The notes: generated by a model not told the origin, from the sequence alone. Positions 27,818 through 40,330 are shown, numbered from the stretch's first letter. The stretch: DNA of 64,000 nt from Eledone cirrhosa (GCA_964016885.1 OZ024741.1:232004001-232068000), one strand, 5' to 3'. Numbers and translations: made by a program.

Positions 27818-28015
27818 AGTGGAGGTTTGAAGGCTTTTATGTTTCTGTTAACTCAGGTCCTAATGGTGAGCTAGTAAAAACGTTTGAAAGTTCAGGGGAT
27901 ATACACTTACAAGGACGCATCGTCCTTAGATTTGATAAACCAGCCCTAGGTGATACTGTCACCATCTCTAATCTCCTCGGTCGCAAACTTACTTTGTGTG
28001 AAGTTAAGGTTTTAG
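27818..28015 (+). CDS. Host gene exon B: C-terminal half of the F-type lectin domain
   Basis: TTAACAG acceptor and GTGAGT donor; 198 bp, phase 1-1, no stops. It encodes WRFEGFYVSV...GDTVTISNLLGRKLTLCEVKVL with the FTL-terminal LCEV motif. The ORF track misses it. Confidence 0.9.
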
Positions 28016-28912
28016 GTGAGTAAATTCACCCATTTAATTAACTAATCTGTCGAATATTGTATTACTTTAACAGGTTTTAATCATTGGACTTCAGCGACAG
28101 CAATTAATGGGGCACACCAACATACAATGCCAGTAAATATTTATATATGCTACTTATTTCATAAATATATATTAGTGCTTCGTAAAACAGGAATGAGGGG
28201 AGCTGAGAGGCGGAGTTAAGAGAGTGAGAATACAATTCTTTGACCCCGGCAACTATCCATGTGGTATGTGTGTTTGTCTCTAGACATCGAGCGGCGTTTT
28301 TGTTGATTATTTGTGGGTCATAATCTTTGCCGCCAGGTGGTAAATTTGTTTAAGGTTACACCTCTAGTATTATTTCAACCAAGATTAATGACTTGTCCTT
28401 CCCATGAAACAGGATGGTGAAGGACAGAAAAAAGGAGAGACACAAAATAACAAATTAATCACTAAGCAGGTAACAGAATTTGTGACAAAAAAGCTTTGAC
28501 AATAAATAAACACACATCCGTTTAATAGACCAACCATCTGGAAATTTGTAATAAATTGAAGGGAAAACCAACAGGTGTATGTGTATGTATTGGCAGTATA
28601 ACCCTTCCAGTGTATAGCAATATCTGTTCCAACACACGTTTTCAGATAAGATATCTTGCAAAACAAATACAAAAATGAAATGTATATACATATTATACAC
28701 AATCACACAAACACTCACACACACACAACGTATGAAATAAATTAGTGTGTAGATCGGTTTATGGTACAAAGAACGCGGAAGCGGTTTATGTATATCTGGC
28801 AGCCTCCTTCCCCCGAAAAATCCTCAGTAAACACGAACTTTGACATGAGTTGACATTTTATTGTGCCTGAAGGCTATCTGCTCTAACCTTGCAAAGCTTC
28901 CAAATGAGGATC

Positions 28913-28988
<76 letters not shown>

Positions 28989-28999
28989 TATATATATAT

Positions 29000-29149
<150 letters not shown>

Positions 29150-29174
29150 GATAGTTTTCTATTCTTTTTCACAG

Positions 29175-29318
29175 AATGTAAACCCGGATATTACGGATAT
29201 ATGTGTCAAGAGAAATGTACAGATTGTGTAAATACGGCATGTGAAAGTTATTATGGTGAATGTGATATTGCTTGCAAAAATGGCGTAATTTGGAGTGACG
29301 AAATTAAAAGATGTCCAA
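29175..29318 (+). CDS. Host gene exon C: 8-Cys EGF-like module 1
   Basis: CACAG/GTAAGT boundaries, 144 bp, phase 1-1; [48 protein letters not shown]. Confidence 0.92.
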
Positions 29319-29791
29319 GTAAGTAAAATTTCGTTGGTAACATATTACTTTTTACCTGGTCGTTTTATAAATGCTGTATGTCGTAGGCGTTGGTAGAGCG
29401 TAGTACAAAATGTGTTGGGGTACTTGCTCCGTTTTCTGTGTCCATCCAGGGCAGGAATTGTTTAAGAATTTAGATGACATGTGTGGGGCAATATTTGTCT
29501 TGGAATTACCAATTCTGAGCTTAGATTCCAACATATCCTATTAGGGTGAATTGAGACTAAAATTTTCACTCAGTTTATCTCAGCCCGACCCTTGGTTGAT
29601 TTTATTGGAGTTTATTCTCTCACAAGAATTTGAACATGCCTCTGGTTTCACAATACATTCAATTGTATAACAAGTCAACTTGATTTTTAATGCAATGAAA
29701 TACCTATGACCGTTGGTAAATCACTGATGAGGGACTCATTTTATAACATGTTATCCATGTGCAACCATGCAGTATTCTTCTCCCCATTTTT

Positions 29792-29851
<60 letters not shown>

Positions 29852-29893
29852 ATAATATTAATAAATGGAAAATATATTTATAAAAGCATATTT

Positions 29894-29952
29894 ATTTAAT
29901 TATACGTATTTCAAGGATACTAATATTTAAGGACGCTTTCGTCAGATAAAAT
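29894..29952 (-). ncRNA. Type I minimal hammerhead ribozyme motif
   Basis: Minus strand: AUUUUAU CUGACGA aag...cuu GAA AUACGUAU A AUUAAAU. The core is intact, stem III is palindromic and stem II is weak. Confidence 0.6.
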
Positions 29953-30501
29953 ATAATAATTGGTGTTACGTTAGTGACATATCTTCATATGAACTTCATG
30001 TTATAAGTTCTGTGAGGATAGTGAATAGAACTTTTCTAAACTCAGGGGAAATATTCTAAGGAGTATAACGTTAAAAGCGAAAAGATCCGGTAGGTTTATA
30101 CGCTAGATAAATTTAAAATATTTAGTCATTTTTTGTTAAGGTTTGCTATTAAATTCTAAAAGTTGATTATGCCTGAATATAGATCTTATTTAAGTATATA
30201 TATACCCATAGAATTACAAATGAGCAATAATATATATGCATTTTTTACATATACTTTAAGAATGTGAAAGCAATTATATTTTTTAAGTAAAGATGTATAG
30301 TGTTATGTATAATCTATTGTTGTATATGTTTAGTAATATCAAATTTAAACATTTATGTAAGTTGGAATGTATCGTATATGTGAATTGTAAACAGAAAAAA
30401 AATTAAGGGAAGATAACTCTATTATTTAGTAATTAAAGGAATCTATACGATAGATATGTAAAATATATTGTTTTATGTAATGTTTAACATAATAATTAAT
30501 T

Positions 30502-31070
30502 ACAGTATCTAGAATAAGGACGGGCTGGAAGAGGTTTAGGGAGCTGCTTCCTTTGTTGACAAAGAAGGGTTTCTCCCTGCATACGAAAGGACGGCTATAT
30601 GATGCCTGTGTGAGATGCGCGATGCTGCATGGTAGTGAAACATGGACGGCATCTGCAGAGGATATGCGATGGCGGGAGAGAAATGAAGCAAGTATGTCCG
30701 TTGGATGTGCATTGTCAATGTGCGTGAACGACAAAGCATGGACGAGTTGAGAAAGAAACAGGGTATAAGAGGGATAAGTTGTGGTGTGACGGAGAGAAGG
30801 CTGAGATGTTATGGGCATGTGATGCTCATGGAGGATGACCGCTGGGTAAAGAAGTGCCAAGATATCCCAGTAGAGGGAAGACGCAGAAGAGATAGACCAC
30901 GTAAAACATGGGCGGGGGATCTAAGAGCAGACCTCAGATCGCTGAAACTCACCGAGGAGATGACGAAGGACCGTGACAAGTGGAGTGATGCGGTGCTGAA
31001 TAGGACCCATCCAACCCTTGCAAGCAGGGAAAAGCGGATTTAAAAATGATGATGATGATGATGATGATTA
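30502..31070 (+). mobile_element. RTE-clade LINE 3' fragment
   Basis: KGRLYDACVRCAMLHGSETW and ERRLRCYGHV with a (GAT)n tail; same family as 15450-18290. Confidence 0.9.
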
Positions 31071-31141
31071 TAATATAAGTGAACATTTCTATAATAATTT
31101 AGAGCCCCATATAGTAAATATGGTTTTGATAATAATAAATG

Positions 31142-31230
31142 AATAAATATTTCTATGTATAAATTGTCATAAAAATAAATATTTCTATGTATAAATTGTC
31201 ATAATAATAAATATTTCTATGTATAAATTT
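31142..31230 (+). repeat. About 32-bp tandem repeat, roughly 3 copies
   Basis: aataaatatttctatgtataaattgtcataa repeated. Confidence 0.85.
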
Positions 31231-32406
31231 ATGAACATTTAAACACAACCCAAAATATATATTGTACATATGCAACTTATATATACCATAGTGTAGTAGT
31301 TTCTATAAATTATAAATATCGTGAAATGTTCTGGTGTATCAAGGCAAACAAGAATTACGTATTTCTTTTTTGTTTTTAATAATATTACCAGGATTGGTAA
31401 TAATATGAAAGATTTCTTCAATACAGAGATGACAAATACTTGAGAGAGCCATATTTTAATAAACTGGTAAACTGTATCGATTCTCCAGAACATTTCACAA
31501 TATTTATAATTAGGTTAAACATTACATAAAACAATATGTTTAAATATCTATAGTATACATTCCTTAAATTACTAAATATTAGAGTTATCTTCCCTTAAAC
31601 ATATTTTTGTTTACAATTCACATATACGATACGTTCCAACTTACATAAATGTTTAAATGTTATATTACTAAACATATACGATAATAGATTATGCATAATA
31701 CTATACGTCTTTACATAAAAAATATAAGTACTTTCACATTCTTAAAGGATATGTTAAAAATTAATATATAATATTGCTTGATCTATCTTACGCTCATTTA
31801 TAATTCTATGTCTATATATATATATACTTAAATAAGATCTATATTTCACGCATAATCATTTATGTACTAAATAATTTTTTTTTTTAAATAACGATATACA
31901 ATATTGTCTTATACTACAATACTATTTATAACTGCCCTGATGATAATATTGAAATATATGCGAAAAAGTATGTCCACTCGTATATCTAAATACGGCGTAT
32001 CTTTCACGTATTATATAGTTCTCAATTTAATGCAATACATTATAATTATCATCTAAATATTATAAATACATCCATAATATATTAAAAAAGTAAATAAATA
32101 AATAAGTATAATTATATCATTCTTTCTAAACCCATTTATATATATTTGGGTGTATATATGCATATTTCTATAAATAATTCTAAAATAACTCTACAATATT
32201 GTTATCAAATTTAATAGCAAAACTTTAAAAGAATAATTTTAATGAATATTCAAAATGTATCTAGCATCTAAACTTAACGGATCTTTTCAGTTTTAACGTT
32301 ATCTTCATTAGCACATTTCCCCTGAGTTTTGAAAGATCTCTTCACCAATCTCACTGAACTTATAACATGAAGTTCTCATGAATATATGTCACTATCATAA
32401 CACCAA

Positions 32407-32469
32407 TTATTTTATCTGACGTAAGCGTATTTAAATATTAGTACCCTTGAAATACGTATAATAAAATAA
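32407..32469 (+). ncRNA. Hammerhead motif with mutated core (CUGACGU)
   Basis: UUAUUUUAU CUGACGU aag...cuu GAA AUACGUAU A AUAAAAUAA; paralog of 29894-29952. Confidence 0.5.
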
Positions 32470-32566
32470 ATATGGTTTTATAATGATATTTTCCATTCAT
32501 TAATATTATTGATATATATTTATATATATATATATATTTATCATAGTTTTGTATCCTCTTTCACAG

Positions 32567-32710
32567 GATGCAAAGCTGGATTTTATGGAACTCTGTGTGA
32601 AAACAATTGTGTAAATTGTATACGCTTGTCATGTGAATCTGATCATGGTAAATGTCTCAAAGGTTGTCACATAGGTATGGATTGGGATGACAAAACTAAA
32701 AAATGTGAAG
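32567..32710 (+). CDS. Host gene exon D: 8-Cys EGF-like module 2
   Basis: CACAG/GTAAGT, 144 bp, phase 1-1; CKAGFYGTLCENNCVNCIRLSCESDHGKCLKGCHIGMDWDDKTKKCE. Confidence 0.92.
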
Positions 32711-33690
32711 GTAAGTGAAATTTTCCTGGTGAAGATATTACTTTTTACCTGGTCCTCTTACAAATGATGTGTGTCGGCAATGTTGTTAGAGTGTAGAACA
32801 AAATGTCTTAGGAGTACTTGTTCCATTTTCTATATCCATCTAGGACTGGAATTGTTTAAGAATGTTGATGACTTCTGTGGTGGCAATATTTGTCTCGGTA
32901 TTACGCATTCTGAGCTTACATTCCAATATATCCTATTAGGGTAAAGTGAGACGTAACATTTGACTCCGTTTATCTCAACCTGGCCCTTGGTTGTTTTAGA
33001 AGAGTTTATTCTCTTGAAAGTATTTGAAGAGGTCTCTAGTTTGAAGATAAAGTCATTGGTATAACAAGTCAACGTACTGATAGTTAAACTTAATCATCTC
33101 TGTTAACACAAGTCCCAGATTTTGTTTAGTTACTTTGCGGATGATATTCACTGTAAGGATAACATAACACTTAATCTTATAAGTGCGGGAAAACATGACA
33201 TGGATCATGGGCTATTTCCGTCATGCTTTGATTATGCGTAAAGAAGAAAAATATGTTGCAAACCATAGCTTATCAAGAGGGCTCCCCAGAAATCATCACT
33301 CTGTTCAATATAATTTTCATCTCCTTTTGAAAGCAATACACTTTACATGCATCATACATTTTACCATACATAATACATAGAGTTTCTAAAACTAGTAACA
33401 TAGACACTAATTATATGTATCACCAGCTGAAATTCGGTCTGCTCCTATTTCAGTTGCAACTTGAAGACGTTCAAGTCAACAATATTGTTAAATGTTGTTG
33501 ATTTGGTCAGCCAGGAAGAACCTTCTTTCAGCCATTTTATTTATAGTTTTTATGACTTGCTTTCCACAGAATTCTTCTAGGAGTAAACTAGGTTCGCCAG
33601 GTTATCTTGTTTAATATTTCTGAGGTACACTTGATAGCACACGTTTAGCTTTCTGGCAATATTCGCTGTGATTTCAGGTCGCTTTGGCAT

Positions 33691-33845
33691 ACAACATCAA
33701 TTAAGAAGCCGCATGAGGTAGTCCAACAATAGGAACAATAAAACTGAATGTCATCAGGAGAATTGATAATCAATTCTCCTGATGACATTCAGTTTTATTG
33801 TTCCTATTGTTGGACTACCCCATGCGGCTTCTTAATTGATGTTGT
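33691..33845. repeat. Near-perfect fold-back palindrome (77-bp arms, 1-nt centre)
   Basis: 33691-33767 is the reverse complement of 33769-33845 with one mismatch. Confidence 0.95.
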
Positions 33846-34279
33846 TGCCCACCATTGTCAACTAACCCAATATTTAGCTGCTACAGATTTGAACTGTTTT
33901 CTGCTAAGTAGGCGATGTTTGCAGATCTGTCTTTTCTCTCGGTGGAATCTATTGGCTGGTTCCACCATGTGTGTGCATGCCTGTGTGTTGGTGCAAATAT
34001 GAGTTTTCAATTTTTACTTAGCACAGTTTTCATGCTTGTTTAGTCATACGCTATCCCTTTGAAAAACAGTATTTTTTTAATTGCGTTATGGTCCAGAACC
34101 CTGAAGAGGTCTGTGTGTATCTGACAGCCTCCTTCTCCCGAAAATCTTTCAGTATTATGAACTTTGACATGAGTTGACCTTTATTGTGTCCTAAAGCTAT
34201 CCCCTTTAACCCTGTAAAGCTTCCATCAGAGGAAATCAGTATGTATATATTTATGATAGTTGTGTATTCTCTTTCATAG

Positions 34280-34423
34280 ACTGCCCTAACGGATATTACG
34301 GATTTTTGTGTGATTATAATTGTTCAGAATGTCTAAACATGTCATGTGGAAATATTAATGGTGAATGTCACTTTGGTTGTATGTCTGGAATGGAATGGGA
34401 TGAAGAGGCTAGTAAATGTAAAG
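34280..34423 (+). CDS. Host gene exon E: 8-Cys EGF-like module 3
   Basis: CATAG/GTAAGT, 144 bp, phase 1-1; DCPNGYYGFLCDYNCSECLNMSCGNINGECHFGCMSGMEWDEEASKCK. Confidence 0.92.
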
Positions 34424-35967
34424 GTAAGTGAAATTGGTGAAGATATTACTTTTTACCTAGTCGTTCTATAAATGCTGTGTGTCGGAAATATTGTTAGAGT
34501 GTAGAACAAAATGTGTTCCGTTTTCTGTATCCATCTAGGACAGGAATTGTTTGAGGATGTTGTGACATGCGTGGGGGGGCAATATTTGTCTCGGCATTAC
34601 GCATTCTGAGCTTACATACCAATAAATCCTATTACAGTAAAGTGATAATTAGACTTTCACCCCGTTTATCTCAACCCGGCCCATGGTTGCTTTTAGCAGA
34701 GTTTATTCTCTTGCAATTATTTGAACATGGCTCTGGTTTGAAGATACATTCATTGGTATAACAAATTAACTTAATAATAGTTAATCAAAATCCTTCTCTA
34801 AGTTAACAAAAGTCCATGATATTATTTTAGTTCGTTTGCTGCCGATTTACTCTGAAATAATAAATTACAACTTAATCTTGTCCGGTAAACCTCGACATGG
34901 ATCATGGGCTCTATACTTCATGCTTCAATTAAACGAAAAGAAGAAAATATGTGGCAAACCATAGCATATAAAGAGTGACCTTCAGAAACCATCACACTGA
35001 TAATATAATTCTCATATCATTTTGAAAGCAATAGACTTTATTTGCATCATACAATTTAGCATACATAATACATAGAGACGCTAATACTAGTAAAATAGAC
35101 ACTAATTAAATGCATCGTCATCCGAAATTTGGTCAGCTTTTATATCTGTTACATTATGTCTTTGATCTGTTAGACGGAAAATACGATCAGCCAGATAGAA
35201 CCTTCGTTCCGCAATTTTACTTAGGACGATTGTGATTTGCTCTCCACGGCATTTGTTTTATTTGTAAACGAGGTTCACCATTTGATCTTTTGTAATCGTT
35301 CTGAGCCATCTTTGATGGAGCACATTCAGCTTTCTGGAAATCTTTGCTCTGTTTTCAGGTCGCTTTAGCATACACGGCTGTATGGAGAATGACTGTCTCG
35401 TATAGACAAAGTTTGACATCTGCACTCATAGTTAAGCCTGAGCAAACAAAGCGCATACACTGGAACACCTTCACAACCTTTCCAATTCTGCTCATAACGT
35501 CCAGTTCATTGTTGCTTTTGTTGGATCACTTCACTGCAGCTTCCTTAAATGGTGTTGTCTCAATCCATCATCAACTAACCCACAATTTTGCTGCTACAAA
35601 TTTCAACTAGTTCCTTCTATTAATGCGATGTTGTCAAATTGTGTGTTTTCTCCATGAAATTCATTTGATGGTTACACCATAACCGTGCGTCTTGGTGCAT
35701 ATATGAGGTTTTAATTGTAATTAAGCAACATTTTCGCGCTGGTTTAGGCATACGCAATCCATTTGAAAGACACTAATTTGTACATCGGTCTATGGCCCGG
35801 AGAACGCTGAAGCGGCTTGTGGCAGACTCCTTCTCCCGGAAAACCCTCAGTAACCATGAACTTTGACATAAGTTGATTTTTATTGTCCCCGAAAGCTATC
35901 CCTTCTAACCTTGCAAAGATTCCATCGTAGGCTATCTCTCTCTCACCCCATCGCTCTCTCTCTCTCT

Positions 35968-36034
<67 letters not shown>

Positions 36035-36041
<7 letters not shown>

Positions 36042-36797
36042 CGTAAAATAAGAAAACATTTTTTAAAAAAATGTTTTAACATTTTTTACTTACTTACTTA
36101 AATTTTCACTCCAACTAATTAGTTTCTGCAATGGGATAAAGACAGTTACGTAATCCAACTGTCGAGAATTCATTGCGTCATCAGGGAGTCTATTCTCAGC
36201 TAAGTCTCCAGGCAATGCGCGGACACTGGCGGCTCATATAAAAATAATAATAATTCGGTAGATAGAACAGCTGGCGAGGACTGGATTCCATGTACTGAAA
36301 TTCTCACTGCTTCTAGTCAAATGGCCGATTCTAAAGAATCAATCACGTGACACAGAGGCTAGTTAGAAGGAATGGGATGGTAAGATGACTGACGCCTACT
36401 AACACCCCAAAAAATTTAGAAGTGGTTTTGGCAGGTTTGCTCGACAAATCAGTGATTTGGAGATAAATATAGATAATTTAATATATCAACTAACAGCAGC
36501 GCACAGATGCACGTCCATGCCAGCAAATACACAGGTTATGTCATAGTACCTAGGTGGTTCAATGCAGGAGGATGCAGAACAATAATATAAAAGACGTAAA
36601 ATAAGAAAACATTTTAAAAAAAATTTTTTTTTAAATTTTTTACTTACTTACTTAAATTTTCACTCTTATTTTACGTCTTCTATATTATTGTTCTGCATCC
36701 TCCTGCATTGAACCACCTAGGTACTATGACATAACCTGTGTATTTGCTGGCATGCACGTGCATCTGTGCGCTTCTGTTAGTTGATATATTAAATTAT

Positions 36798-36800
<3 letters not shown>
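36035..36800 (-). mobile_element. Non-autonomous Penelope-like/retrozyme-like unit with direct and inverted repeats, inserted in (TA)n
   Basis: Direct repeat 36035-36111 vs 36587-36665, inverted arms about 36472-36606 vs 36664-36799, and an internal hammerhead. Confidence 0.65.
36108..36189 (-). ncRNA. Type I hammerhead ribozyme
   Basis: Minus strand: ACUCC CUGAUGA cGCAAUG...GACAGUU..AACUGUC...CAUUGCa GAA ACUAAUUAGU U GGAGU. Stem I is 5 bp, stem III is a 10-nt palindrome and the cleavage triplet is GUU. Confidence 0.8.
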
Positions 36801-36843
<43 letters not shown>

Positions 36844-37059
36844 CACAAGTATCAAAGTTATGTTCACATCATTTAATCGCTGACAATTGTTTCTTCCAAT
36901 CTTTCGTTTGGAGTATCGGAGCATTATCAATGTTACTATTCTTTTACTGGTAATAATGTAACTATTCCCTTACTGTTAATAAGGTAGTAATTAATTACTG
37001 ACCTTTCCTCTTTATAGTTATTTATAGTATAGTATATACATAACTATAAATACTATCTT

Positions 37060-37098
<39 letters not shown>

Positions 37099-37103
<5 letters not shown>

Positions 37104-37879
37104 TAAAATATATGATAAACACAAAACGTGTTTGCATTGCAACAGACAAACTTAGCTATTAATGAAATAAACTAATTAAAGTGAATACAATTTGTCTGTC
37201 TCGATATAAGTCAATAAAGACAAGTTTATATTGGCAATGGCCATGGTTCCTGGACATATTAACATTTCAAAATCCAAACCTGTTCCGTAGACGAATTTGA
37301 ACCTCGAAACCCAAATACGTTTCGCAAAGGTGGTACGTGAATTGAAAAATAAAGAGAATCGAAATGGAAATGAAATATAATATAATATAGTATAATATAA
37401 TATAGTATATTGCTCCTTAACTGTAGAGCTGATCTTTAATCCCGCATAAACGGCTGTTATTTCTAGCACCGGGAATGCGGGACGTCTAATTTGGCCTGGT
37501 TGCACACGTGTAGTCAGACCTGCTAAATTTGTGATGTGAAATGTAATAATTTTACTGGGTTCCTGTTGATAAGCACAGAAGATTTGGATATTTCACTTTT
37601 TATATCATTTCCATTTCGATTCTCTTTATTTTTCAATTCACGTACCACCTTTGCGAAACGTATTTGGGTTTCGAGGTTCAAATTCGTCTACGGAACAGGT
37701 TTGGATTTTGAAATGTTAATATGTCCAGGAACCATGCCCATTGCCAATATAAGCTTGTCTTTATTGACTTATATCGAGACAGACAAATTGTATTCACTTT
37801 AATTAGTTTATTTCATTAATAGCTAACTTTGTCTGTTGCAATGCAAACACGTTTTGTGTTTATCATATATTTTAATGTA
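37099..37879. repeat. 275-bp near-identical inverted repeat (MITE/fold-back-like)
   Basis: 37099-37373 vs 37605-37879 with about 3 mismatches seen. The mirrored ORFs 37176-37505(-) and 37536-37802(+) are nearly the same peptide. Confidence 0.92.
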
Positions 37880-37959
37880 TTTAACTGCTCGGAAATGCCC
37901 CTTTTCTCAGAGCTGGATTATTGTAAACGACTGAGAGATTATTCTCAAAATATAGTATA

Positions 37960-38021
<62 letters not shown>

Positions 38022-38052
38022 GTTTATGATAAATGTGTATTCTCTTTCACAG

Positions 38053-38196
38053 AGTGCCAACCCGGATATTACGGATTGAAGTGTGCAAATAATTGTTCAG
38101 ATTGTGAAGGCATGGCCTGTGATAGTTATATTGGTAAATGTGAAAATGGTTGTATCGATGGTATGGCTTGGGATGACGGAATTAAAAGATGTACAG
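38053..38196 (+). CDS. Host gene exon F: 8-Cys EGF-like module 4
   Basis: CACAG/GTAAGT, 144 bp, phase 1-1; ECQPGYYGLKCANNCSDCEGMACDSYIGKCENGCIDGMAWDDGIKRCT. Confidence 0.92.
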
Positions 38197-39479
38197 GTAA
38201 GTGAAATTTTCGTGGTGAAGATATTACTTTTTACCTGGTCCTCCTATAAATGGTGTGTCGAAGGTGTTGGTAGAGTGTAGAACAAAATGTCTTGGGGTAC
38301 TTGTTCCGTTTCCTGTATCCATCTAGGGCTGGAATTGTTTAAGAATGTTGACGACATACGTATTTGTCTTGGCATTACGCATTCTGAGCTTACATTCCAA
38401 TATATCCTATTAGGGTGAATGAGACTAAAACTTTCACTCAGTTTATCTCAGCCTGGTCCTTGGTTGCTTTTAGCGGAGTTTATTCTCTTACAAGAATTTG
38501 AACATGCCTCTAGTTTCACGATACATTCATTTGTATAACAACTCAACTTAGTGATAGTTAAACTTAATCATTCTCCCAATTAACAAAAGTCCCTGATTTT
38601 TTGCTTTCTATTGCATCTGATCTTCTTCGTAAGGGTAACTCCCAACTTAATCTTGTAAGTCCGGGAAACCCTGACATGGATAACGGGCCCCTATCTTTCA
38701 ATATTTGATTAAGCGAAAAGAAGAAAAATGTGTTTCAAACCATAGCTTATAAAGAGAGCTCCCCAGAAATCATCATTCTGGCAATAACATGTTCATCTCC
38801 TAATGGCATCATACAATTTATCATATATAGTACATAGAGGCGCTAAACCTAGACAATAATTAAAGCTAGACGAAAAATAGACGCTAATTATATGTATCAC
38901 CAGCTGAAATTCGGTCTGCTTCTACTTTAGTTGCATCTTGGAGAAGTTCATGTCATCACTATTGTCGAATGTTATTGATCTGGTGGACAGAAAATACGGT
39001 CAGTCGCGGAAAACCTTCTGTCCGCCCTTTTTACATGCAGCGGTTGTGATTTGCTGTCCACGGATTTTTTTTATTTGTAAACCAGGTTGGTCAGGTGATA
39101 TTTTGAAATCTTTTTGAGGCAGCTTTGTCGGAACACATTCAGCTTTCTGGCAATCTTTGCTTTGTTTTCAGGTCGCATTGGCATACAGAGCTATGCGGAG
39201 AACGATTGAGTCGTGTAGAAAAAGTTTGACAACTTCACTCATAGTTAAGCCTGAGCAAACAAACCGCATTCACTGGAAATCCTTCACAACCTTTCCAATC
39301 CTGTTGATGACGTCCAGTTTCAGTGTTGTAATTGTTGGATTACTTTTCTCCGGCTTCGTAATTGGTGTTATTGCCCACCATAATCAAGTAATCCAACAGA
39401 TGCTACATATTTGAACTATTTCCTACTATTAAGGCAACGTTGCAGACATGTGTGTTCTTTCCACTGAATTCATTGCAAC

Positions 39480-40330
39480 CAGTAGTACAAGAGGGGAGAG
39501 AGGAAGCACTCTTCGATTTCTTCACAAACAATGTTAACTTAATTGATGCTATTAAACCACTAGTGGTTTCTGGTATTCGATACACTGTTTAATGATGCTA
39601 GTCAGAATGAACATTTGATCAAGGAATATGCTGCTCTTTCGAAAGCAATAAGAAATACCCGCGGTACAGAATCTACAGCATGGTGTAGTATTCTAAGTAG
39701 CACTATGCAGAACAATATGTATGGGAACAAAACATGTGATTCCTGGTCAGTCTTTGCAAGCTACCAGATTACCCTTCTTTAGTAACTTCCAAATAATCAC
39801 TTGCTGACTCTCCGGGGGTAGTGGCCCTTAATTCCAGCAGTTGTTCATCAGCTTGGTCATTGCTGAAATTATTCTGCTGTCATCAAACTTCAAAAGCTTC
39901 TTTGAGTTCTCATTCAACCCAACAGATTTGTTATTCTTCAAAGAATTTCGTGCAATTATCATCTCCCCTACTATAATGTTTTCCCTGGCAGATATACAGA
40001 GATGTGTCGGCTGCTGGTCTATTAAAGCTGAATTCATACAAAGTAACTGGGGCTGGCTAGTTTATCTCCTGGAAGTGTTAGATCTAACTATATCTTGCTC
40101 TTTACTTGTCACCAGCCTTTACATTCTTTTCATTTATTCTCATGCTCACATTTCATCGGACGCCTGTTAACTCTCTTACAATGTTACACAGGGTTGTTGA
40201 TACATTTCTACACGCCACTTCCTCAACCTCCGTGCGCGTGTTCTCTCGCGAGGGCAATTTATTTTGACTCTTTATGCAGCATCTGTTTTTCCTTCGTTTG
40301 TTTTCTTGCTATGCCCCTTAAGAATTTTTG
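39480..40330 (-). mobile_element. Old LINE (RTE-like) remnant
   Basis: Minus strand LKNNKSVGLNE...LLKF, matching the K(S/A)xG segment before RT; heavily decayed. Confidence 0.5.

Larger units (their letters stand above)
29850..32515. mobile_element. Inverted pair of Penelope-like terminal repeats (29850-30425 vs 31575-32515), each with a hammerhead motif
   Basis: 29851-30110 is a diverged reverse complement of 32255-32510, and 30170-30425 of 31580-31860. Confidence 0.65.

Noticed and set aside
31937-31960. CTGATGA-taatatt-GAAA hammerhead-like string
   Set aside because: No convincing stem I, stem II or UH site; at most a decayed remnant.
37176-37802. Two ORFs with almost identical peptides, suggesting a duplicated gene
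   Set aside because: This is a by-product of the 275-bp inverted repeat, with no splice or domain support.
29175-38196. CRISPR-like or prokaryotic repeat system
   Set aside because: The repeats are spliceosomal exon-intron duplications in eukaryotic DNA. No short regularly spaced repeats, cas genes or operons are seen anywhere in the window.
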